Source of the DNA: an uncultured Gammaproteobacteria bacterium
GTDB lineage: Bacteria; Pseudomonadota; Gammaproteobacteria; Coxiellales; Coxiellaceae
Direction: 5' to 3'
Assembly: GCA_963711375.1 (NCBI GenBank)
Contig: CAVQDV010000002.1
Span: forward strand, 12,649-76,648
DNA length: 64,000 bases
Notes under the pieces: model-generated
The model's database searches: none
What the model saw: only the letters and a program-made list of their open reading frames with translations
What the model was told of the DNA's origin: nothing
Shown: piece by piece, positions 18,314 to 28,207 of the stretch
Layout of the letters: each line of letters begins with the position of its first letter
Position numbering within the stretch: the first letter of the stretch is position 1
Made by a program: the position numbers and the translations under genes

Positions 18314-19258
18314 ATGTTAAATATAGGAATCATAGGCCCAGGTCGAATTTCTGAAAAACATGCCGCATCGATTCTCGTGATTTCAAATGCCCAATTATGG
18401 AGCGTTGCAGGGCGTACCCTTGAAAGCGCCAAAAAATTTTCTGAAAAATATCAGGCTCATAAAGCCTATGACAGTATTCAAGAAATGCTTGGTGATCCCC
18501 ATTTACATGCTGTGATTTTAGCTACCCCTGATAATCTCCATGCGGAGCAAGTAATTTTAGCCGCTAGAGCGGGGAAAGCGATTTTAGTTGAAAAACCCTT
18601 ATGCACTTCTATCCAGTCTTGTCAGGAAATATCGGCTGAAATAAAAAAACATCCCGTACCGATAAGCATAAACTATCATCTCAGATGGCATCATGGATTT
18701 AGATTGGTCGCTAAAAAAGCACATAATAATGAACTTGGAAAAATACAGACATTAAAACTTCAGTGGGGAATAAATTATATTGCTCAAGCTAAGTGGCATC
18801 TCGATTCCAATTTTGAAGGGTGGTGCAGCATTGGGATTCTGGGGACACATTTAGTCGATTTAGCTCGGTGGATTTTAATTCCGACCTGTGGTGATATTGT
18901 CAATCAAAGCAGCAAGGTAACGTATAGGCCAAACACAAAAATAGATGAAAAGGCTTCTATTTTACTAGAATTTGAATCTGGCGCTAAGGCTGAATTATTG
19001 TGCTCGCTAGTTTCTGATGAGCCATTGCAGATTGAAATTATAGCCGAAAATAAAAATGTGTGTGGCACAGATTTAGCAGGGCCTCAGGAAAATCGAGAAA
19101 TATTCATTGGCGATCAAATTTTTAATTGTCCAAAGGCGGATTTATATACCCTCCAATTACAAAATTTTGTATCTTCAATTATTGAAAATCGTCCCATGGA
19201 AGTGAGTCTTGAGGATGGGCTGAAGAATGTTCAATGCTTGTTGGCAATGCACTTGTAG
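18314..19258 (+). CDS. Gfo/Idh/MocA-family NAD(P)-dependent oxidoreductase
   Basis: IGIIGPGRISEKH Rossmann and EKPL motif. Starts 2 nt after the AKR stop. Confidence 0.75.
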   Translation: MLNIGIIGPGRISEKHAASILVISNAQLWSVAGRTLESAKKFSEKYQAHKAYDSIQEMLGDPHLHAVILATPDNLHAEQVILAARAGKAILVEKPLCTSIQSCQEISAEIKKHPVPISINYHLRWHHGFRLVAKKAHNNELGKIQTLKLQWGINYIAQAKWHLDSNFEGWCSIGILGTHLVDLARWILIPTCGDIVNQSSKVTYRPNTKIDEKASILLEFESGAKAELLCSLVSDEPLQIEIIAENKNVCGTDLAGPQENREIFIGDQIFNCPKADLYTLQLQNFVSSIIENRPMEVSLEDGLKNVQCLLAMHL

Positions 19259-19259
19259 C

Positions 19260-20141
19260 CTACCAGTAAATGCGTGCAGATTGTGTAGTCTTGCAAGCGT
19301 TGTTTGTATGTTGGCGCAAGCAAACAAAAAATGATTCAAAAGCCTCTATAACTTCGTGTTTTTTTTCGATCCAAGGAAAATGCCCAGCCCCTTCAATTTT
19401 TTTGAGTGTAATATTTTGGCGATGGAACTGTTTCGCTTTTTCAAAAAGAGAGAAGGGAGTAATAAAATCGTGGCTACTCCCTAGGATCAGAGTGGGCACT
19501 TTCTGCGGTATCCATTTAGCTTCGAAATTAATTTCTATGGCTTTATTCTGCCACCAAGCGGCGGCAAAATAATTAAAAGGCAGGCTATCAAGCAATATTT
19601 TCCCTTTTTCCAAAAAATCTTCAGTGAAATAATAGGGAGAACAGGCCAGTAAAGCGGCTTTAAATGTGCTAGGATTTGGATTATTTCGAAAATCATCTAA
19701 AGACAATTCAAAAGAGGGGAGTTTATTTTCTTTAGCACATTTTTGCGCTTCTTCGAACCAAAGACAGGGGGTTGAATTTAAAATAATGAATCCTTCTAAA
19801 AGATGTTCGAGTTCTTTAAAAAGTAATGGGAACATCCCACTAAATGAATGCCCAACATAAATGGGATTTTCAAAAGTCTTAATGCAATCTTGAAAGCAGG
19901 AATCCCATTTTTCAAAATCATAGGTTTCATTGGAATGTCGATTTTCTCCATTTTCTGGAAAATCTATCAACCAAAAATTTCCAGGAAGTTCCAGAACTTC
20001 AATTAGGTCTTTAAAATAAATAGAATCAGCCCCAGGCCCACCCGGCACAAAAATCCAATTCAAAACTCTATCACTTGCGTTAACTCGAATTAAGCGGTAA
20101 CGCGTTTTATTCTTATCCAGAAATTGGCAGATGGGTTTCAC
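19260..20141 (-). CDS. Alpha/beta hydrolase
   Basis: 293 aa. Nucleophile elbow VGHSFSG and C-terminal GAGHFPW. Confidence 0.7.
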   Translation of the reverse strand: MKPICQFLDKNKTRYRLIRVNASDRVLNWIFVPGGPGADSIYFKDLIEVLELPGNFWLIDFPENGENRHSNETYDFEKWDSCFQDCIKTFENPIYVGHSFSGMFPLLFKELEHLLEGFIILNSTPCLWFEEAQKCAKENKLPSFELSLDDFRNNPNPSTFKAALLACSPYYFTEDFLEKGKILLDSLPFNYFAAAWWQNKAIEINFEAKWIPQKVPTLILGSSHDFITPFSLFEKAKQFHRQNITLKKIEGAGHFPWIEKKHEVIEAFESFFVCLRQHTNNACKTTQSARIYW

Positions 20142-20162
20142 GTGATTTCCTTTATTGCTGCA

Positions 20163-20519
20163 TCAAAAATTCGCCAATTGATGATTTTTATCGCACTCCT
20201 TTTCTAAAATATGACAAATGAATTTATTGAGACTCATATTTTCGCGCTCTGCAGCTAAGGCAACGAGTTCGTGGAGTTTATGGCCCGTGCGAATATTGAA
20301 AGAGCCTTTAAAGGGCTTCTCAGGGGTGATTTCTTCTTTTTCGCACAATTGCAGATAATCATCTACTGCTTCTTCAAAGGACATTTTAATGCCGGCGGCA
20401 TCACTAGCCTCATAAGATACGAGCGCTTTTATAAATTCCAATTTCCCATAAAAAATCAGTGCATCCGCATCGTAATGCACAGAGCCATAATAGCCTTTGT
20501 ATTTCACCATATCTTTCAT
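20163..20519 (-). CDS. hicB: HicB-family antitoxin
   Basis: 118 aa. N-terminal YKGYYGSVHYDADALIFYGKL and a C-terminal RHH-like segment. 4-nt overlap with hicA upstream. Confidence 0.75.
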   Translation of the reverse strand: MKDMVKYKGYYGSVHYDADALIFYGKLEFIKALVSYEASDAAGIKMSFEEAVDDYLQLCEKEEITPEKPFKGSFNIRTGHKLHELVALAAERENMSLNKFICHILEKECDKNHQLANF

Positions 20520-20770
20520 AATTGGCCTCTTTTTTTTAAAGTCTCCGTAAGTTGTTTTATGATATATTCCTTCAAAATTGGTTTTGGGTGCGGTTTATGC
20601 AATGTTATTGGCTCATATTCTGCGTGCATAAATCGCACCCGAGAACCGCTTGTTTTGCCCGCCTGAGTTTCCTTGTACCCCAATCCCATGAGAAACTTTG
20701 TTAGCTCTGTCCAGGTAAAGTCTTTTGGTTTTGAAAGAAAACGCACCTTAAGTTTATCCACCTGTGTCAT
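20516..20770 (-). CDS. hicA: HicA-family mRNA interferase toxin
   Basis: KDFTWTELTKFLMGLGYKE...GSRVRF...ITLHKPHP is HicA-like. I prefer the ATG at 20770 (MTQVDKLK) over 20815. Confidence 0.75.
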   Translation of the reverse strand: MTQVDKLKVRFLSKPKDFTWTELTKFLMGLGYKETQAGKTSGSRVRFMHAEYEPITLHKPHPKPILKEYIIKQLTETLKKRGQL

Positions 20771-21074
20771 CGTTAAAGCAACCCTCATTTTTAACCTACT
20801 AAGATAAGATAGCAAAAATGAGTCTGAAAAGCAACTAACTTTAGTTGCTTTTATAGGGAGGGTGCCTCAATAGCACTAAAAACGCCAAAAGTGCACAGAC
20901 AGTAAAGATCAGGGGTTTTACCAAAATGAATATTTCCGCCCATAATTTTTTTCAAGTATTCATGGAGGTGATAAAAATTGAATTTTCACTTTAATACGAC
21001 TTTCTTAAGCGAAAACAACCTTGTGAAGCGCTTTTGGTTTCGATATTATCCAGCGATTAAAGTGGAGAACAAGT

Positions 21075-21767
21075 ATGAAACGTGGGCATTTAATTCTTAT
21101 TAATGGCGGATCGAGCGCGGGCAAATCTTCCACTTGTCGCGTATTTCAGGGGCTGACGGATGAACCTTATGTTCATTTAGGGATCGATCAGTTTTGGTAT
21201 GCTATTCCTCCAAAACAATTGCAAATTGCAAATGCTGAACCCCGATATTATCGAACACAAACTTATTATGAAAATGACAAACCCTATTTTCAGATTATGC
21301 CTGGTCCTTTGTTGGACGAAGTAATTTACGGAAGTTATAAAGCCATCGCCAGTTATCTGGAATTGGGAATAAATGTAATTTCCGATCAATTATTTTGGAA
21401 GCCAAAATGGTTTCGGGTGGCCCTGGATACTTTTAATTCTTATTCAGTTTTTTTTGTAGGATTAATTGTGTCAGATGATGAAGGCGCACGGAGAGAACAA
21501 CAACGTAGTCAAGGTGGCGCTCAACATTCAAAACAGGAAAATCGCCCAGATGGTTGGAACCGTTGCTCCTCATTAATCACGCATAAAAATATGGTCTATG
21601 ATTTTGAAATTGATAATACCAAACTCAGTATTAATGAGACGGCACAGCAATTGCTGTTGGCTGTTAAAAATTGCAAAAATCCTACCGCCTTTAAAAATCT
21701 TTATTGTCAGGAAAATCTGACGGCGATTAGTCTAACAAAAAATGCGGGAAATTCTGATGATACGTAA
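21075..21767 (+). CDS. Chloramphenicol-phosphotransferase-like (CPT family) P-loop kinase
   Basis: LILINGGSSAGKSS P-loop followed by HLGIDQFW, as in CPT-family proteins. Confidence 0.55.
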   Translation: MKRGHLILINGGSSAGKSSTCRVFQGLTDEPYVHLGIDQFWYAIPPKQLQIANAEPRYYRTQTYYENDKPYFQIMPGPLLDEVIYGSYKAIASYLELGINVISDQLFWKPKWFRVALDTFNSYSVFFVGLIVSDDEGARREQQRSQGGAQHSKQENRPDGWNRCSSLITHKNMVYDFEIDNTKLSINETAQQLLLAVKNCKNPTAFKNLYCQENLTAISLTKNAGNSDDT

Positions 21768-21938
21768 TCATGGCAAAAACCCTCATTATTCAATGATGAG
21801 TTTGTGATGCTTAAGAATCTACGTTCAGTAGACTTTGATGTTAAAAACCAGTATCTTAAACCGAAAATAGGGCCTGATGGCTGGCAGAAGTTAAAGCCAT
21901 CGTAATTGAGAGCAGAGTAAAATTTTTGGAGAAGTGGA

Positions 21939-22157
21939 ATGAGCACTTTAGCTGTTAAATTTGATGATCATGCCCTCGACGTGAGCTTCCCAAAGACGTC
22001 CTTGCGCTTTGTATTGGCCGATGGCCGAGAAATTTCGGCGCCCTTAGAGTAGTCCAAGTCTTCGTGATGCCACTGATAGCGACCGGAATGAATGGCGTTT
22101 TATTGGTAATGGCATTGGCGTATCGCTGTTAATACGCTTATGAGCGGTCGCGACTAA
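21939..22157 (+). pseudogene. Degraded DUF2442-like small gene
   Basis: MSTLAVKFDDHALDVSFPKTSLRFVLADGREISAPLE* then, in shifted frames, ...RDATDSDRNEWRFIGNGIGV... This resembles DUF2442, with stops and a frameshift. Confidence 0.4.
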
Positions 22158-22176
22158 ATGCCCTACAAGGAAAAAA

Positions 22177-22821
22177 ATGAAAAATAATTTTACACTTTAT
22201 ACCACACCCATTTCAGCTAATGGTCGTAAAGTATTGGCATTAACACATCATTTGCAATTATCTCCTGAAGTAAAAATCGTTAATGTTTATACCGGTGAAG
22301 GGCAACACTCGGATTATCTCGCTATTAATCCATTCGGTAAAATTCCAACCTTAGTTGAAGGCGATTTTATACTTTGGGAATCCAATGCAATATTACAATA
22401 TATTGCTGATAGCTACGGTAAATATCAATTGTCGTCATGTGACTCGAAATTACGTGCTGATATTTCTCGCTGGATGTTTTGGGAATCCTCCCACTGGCAA
22501 CCTGCTATTTCAATAGTATTGGCAGGTGTGGTAGGCCATGCATTAGTGCCGCATTTAGTGCCTGCTCCAGCTACGGATCCCGATTGGCAGAATCCCGCAT
22601 TTCTGTTGCATGTAGGTTATCTTAATCAATATTTAGGAGTCCATTCATTTCTTGTAAACGATGCATTAACCGTCGCTGATTTTTCTGTCGCTGGGATGAT
22701 GACTTATTTTCGCTTCGGAAAATTTCCATTTGATAATTATCCGAATATCACTCGATGGTACGACCGCATAGAGTCACTTGAAGCATGGAAAAGTACTGAA
22801 GCCACTATTTGGCAATCATGA
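22177..22821 (+). CDS. Glutathione S-transferase family protein
   Basis: 214 aa. The N-terminal thioredoxin-like part (SANGRKV..., GKIPTLVEGDFILWESNAILQYI) is typical of GSTs. Confidence 0.75.
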   Translation: MKNNFTLYTTPISANGRKVLALTHHLQLSPEVKIVNVYTGEGQHSDYLAINPFGKIPTLVEGDFILWESNAILQYIADSYGKYQLSSCDSKLRADISRWMFWESSHWQPAISIVLAGVVGHALVPHLVPAPATDPDWQNPAFLLHVGYLNQYLGVHSFLVNDALTVADFSVAGMMTYFRFGKFPFDNYPNITRWYDRIESLEAWKSTEATIWQS

Positions 22822-22912
22822 ATTAGTTCGGCTAATTTTGCATCAAAAATTGATGGAGAGGTTTCATAAACTATTGAAGGCTTAGCTAGTTGCAGCTATG
22901 AAATCACAAATT

Positions 22913-22944
22913 GCAGCAATTCCTGCTTTAATGGGAATTGCCGG
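22913..22944. terminator. Solo hairpin module of the palindromic element family between convergent genes; probable bidirectional terminator
   Basis: GCAGCAATTCCTGCTTTAATGGGAATTGCCGG matches the module at 5735-5766 at 28 of 32 positions. Confidence 0.45.
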
Positions 22945-22968
22945 TCTTTTCCCAGCGGCAATTACAAA

Positions 22969-24438
22969 TCATTTATATTTTAGGGCGAAGCCTTGATTAA
23001 ATTTTTCCAAGTAAATATCCGCGGTTGTCCCACTAGCATCCGCCAGCGTGGCGTCTGCACCACTTTGCAGAAGTAACAGAATTAAGTCACAATTTCCAAT
23101 TTTAGCCGCATGATGAATTGCCGCTTTTTTCTCAACGCCAACCTGTTCATTAATCTGGATAGCGAGGGGTTCTTTGAAGTGCAGCAAGACTTTTGCAGTG
23201 GATACAGCTAAGGCATGTGTCTGAACGGTGCAAATTCTTCTTAAAGCCTGTGAATAGTAGCGATTATTAATCGAGTCCCAAAAGGGCTTCATCTTGTGCT
23301 CTGGATCGATTTTCTTCAAGCGCTCCATCAAACGCTCGTGTGCGTCCCCGGTAACCGTGACAGGAGATTGCACTCGTTTAGAGGGGGTGCTTGTAATGGT
23401 AAGACGTGTATACTTCTTGTGATCAACAATTTCTCCAGTTTTAGTAAATAACTCTGGAGTCGCTCCACACTTTTCCCAATAGTCTCCACAGTAATCAAAG
23501 CCGAGCATTTGACCTTTCAGGATTTTTCGAGAGGCAACAAGAACTTTGACGGGAATGCCATCAATTGAATAAATTCTTCGGTCAACATTCTCGATAGCAA
23601 TGCTAGCTTTAATCTCTGGTGAGGCAAATTTTATAGTATCAAACTCCGACTGCGTATACTTAGGATTCTGGAGCCTTTTCATGGTGTTTTTAGCTAAATA
23701 AACCCTGTAGTTGTCTGTTAGCAAACCCTCTTTTTTTAATTCCTCGAGTGGCTTACGGCAAAATTTTGCAAGAAAGTCATTATCTTGGAACTTTTTAAGC
23801 AGGTCACGCTCTTCTTGGTCAAGATCAATAGGTAAATGCGCCATTAATCCTGCCATACACCGGACATTTTGTGCAGAGACGATAAAGTCGTCCTGAATTA
23901 TCTGACAGTAATAGTCAGGCTCATCTTTTTTAGCTTCAATAGTTGTTAATTCCCCAGAATAAAGGCAGAGCACGGCACCTTCCTCAAAATCTTGAGTGGC
24001 AATAACGCAATGCCCTATTTTTTGGTTCATCCATACAATACCCAATCCTGAAACCCCATTTTCCCTGAGTTTTTTTATACCTCGCTCAAACTTTTCTAAA
24101 TCAAGACAATTTTTCGGCTTCACTTGGAAACGATGGTTTTGCTTGTCATATTCCTCGGGGTCCATAAGAATCGATTCGGTAAAGTACTTACATCCCAATT
24201 TTTTTTTGAGCTCTTCTACAGTGAGATAACTGAGCTCTCCGCCTAGTTTAGCAAAATAGGGAATCATACCCGCTCTTGGAATTCTGATAATCTCACGCAC
24301 TCTATACCCCCATTGAAATGAGCAAATGATATACGCACTCAGGCCCATATGAGTCAAGTTTTTTGTAGCAGTTCCCAGAATCAAGATCTTTTTCAACTCG
24401 TCTGAAATAGGTGTATTCTGTGACAGGCTTAAATCCAA
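22969..24438 (-). CDS. Eukaryotic-like SET-domain methyltransferase with C-terminal ankyrin repeat(s)
   Basis: SET-like core (GHCVIATQDFEEGAVLCLYSGEL ... GQMLGFDYCGDYW). C-terminal ankyrin consensus (AAIHHAAKIGNCDLILLLLQSGADATLAD). The start is uncertain because it overlaps the upstream GNAT ORF by 137 nt. Confidence 0.6.
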   Translation of the reverse strand: MDLSLSQNTPISDELKKILILGTATKNLTHMGLSAYIICSFQWGYRVREIIRIPRAGMIPYFAKLGGELSYLTVEELKKKLGCKYFTESILMDPEEYDKQNHRFQVKPKNCLDLEKFERGIKKLRENGVSGLGIVWMNQKIGHCVIATQDFEEGAVLCLYSGELTTIEAKKDEPDYYCQIIQDDFIVSAQNVRCMAGLMAHLPIDLDQEERDLLKKFQDNDFLAKFCRKPLEELKKEGLLTDNYRVYLAKNTMKRLQNPKYTQSEFDTIKFASPEIKASIAIENVDRRIYSIDGIPVKVLVASRKILKGQMLGFDYCGDYWEKCGATPELFTKTGEIVDHKKYTRLTITSTPSKRVQSPVTVTGDAHERLMERLKKIDPEHKMKPFWDSINNRYYSQALRRICTVQTHALAVSTAKVLLHFKEPLAIQINEQVGVEKKAAIHHAAKIGNCDLILLLLQSGADATLADASGTTADIYLEKFNQGFALKYK

Positions 24439-24790
24439 ACTTTGGGTAAAACTCTAAAACGGATTCCATTAAAAAACGACACAAATTTTGATTTCGATAA
24501 TTGTCATCTGTCATGACGGTTCCGATTTGAATATATCGTTTGTGATCGCCCAGAATGTTAAAATCTATAGTATTCACAGATATATTAGCGATAGCGGTCT
24601 CTTCGTCAAATAGAGTGTAGGGTATATATTTTTCATTCCAATACCCTAATTGATACCAGTCTTCAAACGAAATGCCAAATACCTTTTTTGCTAAATTATT
24701 GAATGCGGCTCTGTATAAGTCTTGACTTCGATATCCAATTAAAAATGTATATTCTTTATTTGCTATGCTTACTTTCATTAATAGTCTCAA
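24302..24790 (-). CDS. GNAT-family acetyltransferase, possibly truncated or remodelled at the 3' end
   Basis: YIQIGTVMTDDNYRNQNLCRFLMESVLEFYPKFGF is GNAT-like. The tail overlaps the SET gene ORF, so one of the two is mis-delimited or decayed. Confidence 0.5.
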   Translation of the reverse strand: MRLLMKVSIANKEYTFLIGYRSQDLYRAAFNNLAKKVFGISFEDWYQLGYWNEKYIPYTLFDEETAIANISVNTIDFNILGDHKRYIQIGTVMTDDNYRNQNLCRFLMESVLEFYPKFGFKPVTEYTYFRRVEKDLDSGNCYKKLDSYGPECVYHLLISMGV

Positions 24791-24821
24791 TATTTTATTT
24801 CAGGAAAATGTTAGAAGCTCT

Positions 24822-25331
24822 TCAGAGCTGAATAAGATATCTTTTTTCCCTGAGGCTTATATTTTTTAATTTGGTATGATTGTCATAAACTTTGTCAAGG
24901 TGCAGACCTAACTTCTCATAAAATCGGCAAGCTGGTAGATTTGTCGCAAGCAGTTTGATGCAAATACATTCATAATTTTCAGCCTTAATAATTTTTTCGG
25001 CTTCTCGGTAAATCAACTCACCATATCCCTTTCCGCGAGCATTCGAATCAAAATAGATGCAGATTATTTCCGCAGTTTTAATGCCCTTAAGTTCTGCATC
25101 ATCGCAGGGGCCAAAATAGACGAAACCCAGTACTTTTTGGGAATCTTCAAAAACTAAAGCGCGATAAATGGGATCATTGAGATGCTTTTGCCAACGCTGA
25201 TTAAATTCTTCGGAAGATAATGAATTGAGATAATCATCCGGAATAAGTCCTTTATAGACCGTCTTCCAGGCCGAATAATGAATATTCGCAATGGCATCTG
25301 CATCACTTAATCTGGCGGTTCTGATTTTCAT
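24822..25331 (-). CDS. GNAT-family N-acetyltransferase
   Basis: 169 aa. ARGKGYGELIYREAEK (acetyl-CoA motif A) and FYEKLGL. Confidence 0.8.
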   Translation of the reverse strand: MKIRTARLSDADAIANIHYSAWKTVYKGLIPDDYLNSLSSEEFNQRWQKHLNDPIYRALVFEDSQKVLGFVYFGPCDDAELKGIKTAEIICIYFDSNARGKGYGELIYREAEKIIKAENYECICIKLLATNLPACRFYEKLGLHLDKVYDNHTKLKNISLREKRYLIQL

Positions 25332-25480
25332 AAGTTAGCGGAAATGCTAGCAATAGCCTCTCTAGCTGTCAATCAAAATCTCGCTGAATATCGCCTGTTT
25401 ACACTTGCTTTGACGAGTTCACCTCTGTAATATCCTACCGAGAAAAAACCCGGGGTTGTAACTAAATTAATAAGCATGAG

Positions 25481-26281
25481 GTGGAAGTTGTGAGAAATAA
25501 AGCAGCCGAGGAAAATGCTAAGCAAAATTCAAGACAAGTTTTTCTCGCGAATTTCAAAAAAAACTTTCTTTTGGCACTGGGCACCGTTCCATTCGAAGGT
25601 ATGGCATTACATCGAATATTATATATGCATGCACATCCTAAAGTTAAACCCCTAAGCTACGCCGATACTTTAAAAGAAATTGGGCTCAATGGACTTTTTG
25701 CAGGCCTGATGACTAGAGCCACCTATTGTTTAACCGGAAATTTTGCAACCCTTGAAGGCATGCGTTATTTTGGCTCAGACTTTCAAGGACTTTTTTTGAC
25801 AGCTTTGGCAAAAAATTCGATTTTACCACTATTTCTGGCGAGCAATGCTCGTCAAATTAATTATAATTGGCCACAAACATTTCATTATGTTGCTAAAGGC
25901 GTTGTAAACCCGGTATTTCACTTCTCATTTTGTTTTAGAAATCTAGTGGCTAATTTCTGTTTAGCGCCTGGATTGAAAGTAAGAGACAAAACCTATGAAA
26001 AAATGAATGAATCAAATACACAGATTCCAATGCTCCTTGGTTTTGGTACCTCGGTTCTTGCATCAGCAGTCATAAATTCGTTTTTAAAACCCTTTTTCAC
26101 AGGGGTCGACACTTATTCGCTAAAAATGCGTTACCTGACAGCCCTTAGAACTCCTGCCATGCTCCCATTGCTGCTGCGTGAAAGTGCCTCGCTAGGCTTA
26201 ATATTTTTCAACACTTCTCCGAAAAAAGCAGGCTCGAAAGAAGAAAATCTCGAAAATGGAAAAATCAATTTAAAGTTTTAA
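25481..26281 (+). CDS. Six-helix membrane protein with a three-fold (2-TM x3) internal repeat; function unknown
   Basis: 266 aa, GTG start. Six hydrophobic segments fall in three pairs, each pair preceded by a Pro-containing segment. Confidence 0.45.
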   Translation: MEVVRNKAAEENAKQNSRQVFLANFKKNFLLALGTVPFEGMALHRILYMHAHPKVKPLSYADTLKEIGLNGLFAGLMTRATYCLTGNFATLEGMRYFGSDFQGLFLTALAKNSILPLFLASNARQINYNWPQTFHYVAKGVVNPVFHFSFCFRNLVANFCLAPGLKVRDKTYEKMNESNTQIPMLLGFGTSVLASAVINSFLKPFFTGVDTYSLKMRYLTALRTPAMLPLLLRESASLGLIFFNTSPKKAGSKEENLENGKINLKF

Positions 26282-26428
26282 CTGAAACTATGGTCTAACA
26301 TAAAGAGAAAACTTTCCCATTCGAAAACAATTTGAATATTCATCTGGAGAACCTAGTCGCCGGAGTCTTGGCCAATGACCAAAAATTTAAAATGTGAATA
26401 AAGCAAAGCCCCTTATTTAAATAAAAAA

Positions 26429-27973
26429 TCACTCACCTTGAAGGTATTCTAGCGAATTTTTCATTTCGCTTAAAATTAATTTTGTTAGTGGCTCAAAATT
26501 TTGAGATTCGTCTGCTATGCCAAGAGCCGCCATATATTTTGAGCGATTTTTCATATTAATGACCGTCCAATGGTAACCACCGGAAACCAATAAAAAATTC
26601 ATTAAAAAACGTGCCATTCGTCCATTTCCATCCATATAAGGATGAATAAACACAAAAATATAATGCATTAACACAGCGGCTACGCCCAAGTGACTTTCCT
26701 TCTGCACACATTCAAAAAGTGCATACATGCAGTCACCAACAGCATTATAGTGGGGTGGCGCATGACGCGAATTTCTGATGAAAACTTGATTATTGCGATA
26801 ACCAAATAAATGCTTTTTTTCAATGATGCCGGCATGCGCGCAGGGTGCAAATAAACTGGTATACCAATCTTGATGATCACTCTCAATAACCTCACCTGCC
26901 AGTTCACCAGCAAACACTCGATTAAGGCTTATTTTAACGGCATTAAACGCTTCATAGTAACCTCGTGCCGCCAATGCATTTTTTATGTTCTGATCATCTT
27001 GATTACCTTCTGGGTTCCAGTGATTATTCTTGACCTTAAGAATTAATTCTGGAGTTACTCGATAGCCCTCAATGGATAATGAATTATAAGCATCATGCTC
27101 ATAAATAAGATCAATTTCATGCAAATATTTTCGGGGAGATTCAGTAATGCCTGGAGGATTTGGCATGAATGTTTCTACTTGATTTCGCGCACTTTGCCAT
27201 AATGCTTTAATGCGATTCGCATAGGGTGAGCGATCTCGGTTTTTTCCCAGTAGCGGTTCTTCGGTTTGGAAAGGATTAACATGATTGAGCTTCATTCCTG
27301 CCATAGTCAGTTCGTTATGGAGTGCTTTTGCCATAGTTTGATCACCAATAAATTCATACGCACCGATTAATCGATTTGCTGCAGTGATCAAATTATTTTT
27401 AATGAGGAACTTTGCCATCGAGTCAGTATTACGCACCATTCGCAGTGCAATTTCGACTTCTTGTGGCTGGCTTTGAAAGTATTTGGGTGTCATCCGACAT
27501 AAGGCCTGTGGTAAAGAGAATACTTGCAAACCTTTAAGGACTTCTTTTTGCTCGGGGATATTTTTAGGATCAGCATAGATTAATAATGAAGTATTATAGA
27601 GTAAAGAAATGGGCTCCCCGCCACCATGTGGTGCAATCACGATAATCTGCCGCGGGATGAGGGGTTTATCAACGTGCAGTTCTAATGAATTTTCGGCCGA
27701 CAAGCAGTATTGATCTTGATAACGACTTTGCAGGTAAATACGGGCAAAATCCCAGAAATTGGTATACCAGGAAGTGGAGTCGCCGGTCGCTACGTCTGGG
27801 CGAACGATCATGTACCAGCCTTTAATTATTTCTTGCAACCAACCAGTGCGTTGCAGCAATTCACGATCCTTTCGATCAATATCGGCGCTTACTACGATGT
27901 CTGCGCCATTTTTGTCGGCAACTTTACGTACTCTGGCTAACGCAGCCCCGATATTTTCATGGATTGATGGCAT
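26429..27973 (-). CDS. Fic-domain protein (AMPylase family) with an internal inhibitory-helix motif
   Basis: Fic motif HPYMDGNGRMARFLMN. The upstream SLSIEG fits (S/T)xxxE(G/N). Confidence 0.85.
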   Translation of the reverse strand: MPSIHENIGAALARVRKVADKNGADIVVSADIDRKDRELLQRTGWLQEIIKGWYMIVRPDVATGDSTSWYTNFWDFARIYLQSRYQDQYCLSAENSLELHVDKPLIPRQIIVIAPHGGGEPISLLYNTSLLIYADPKNIPEQKEVLKGLQVFSLPQALCRMTPKYFQSQPQEVEIALRMVRNTDSMAKFLIKNNLITAANRLIGAYEFIGDQTMAKALHNELTMAGMKLNHVNPFQTEEPLLGKNRDRSPYANRIKALWQSARNQVETFMPNPPGITESPRKYLHEIDLIYEHDAYNSLSIEGYRVTPELILKVKNNHWNPEGNQDDQNIKNALAARGYYEAFNAVKISLNRVFAGELAGEVIESDHQDWYTSLFAPCAHAGIIEKKHLFGYRNNQVFIRNSRHAPPHYNAVGDCMYALFECVQKESHLGVAAVLMHYIFVFIHPYMDGNGRMARFLMNFLLVSGGYHWTVINMKNRSKYMAALGIADESQNFEPLTKLILSEMKNSLEYLQGE

Positions 27974-28207
27974 TTATAGCCCCTTAACTTTACTTTTATG
28001 TTTATATTAACCTTACTATTATGTTTATGCAAACCTTATTATTCTGTATTCCCGAAAAGCTTTCTTGCTTGGGGTGGAGGGGAATAAGGCCTGTCTAAGC
28101 ATGCGATAGGGCGGGACTCACGAGCATTCGAATCAAATAGGTCTAATAATCATACTCCCGGGCGATCCTAAGACAGAAAAATAGTAAGGTGAGATTAGGA
28201 TTTGTGT

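Noticed and set aside
21780-21938. Possible DUF4160-like partner fragment upstream of the DUF2442 pseudogene
   Set aside because: I could not read any diagnostic motif. Only the genomic-context expectation suggested it.
28115-28155. About 20-bp match (ACGAGCATTCGAATCAAATAG) to the GNAT gene at about 25040, and a 13-mer (ATAGGTCTAATAA) shared with 14578-14590
   Set aside because: Matches this short are expected by chance in 64 kb (13-mer), or are too small to interpret (possible tiny gene fragment).
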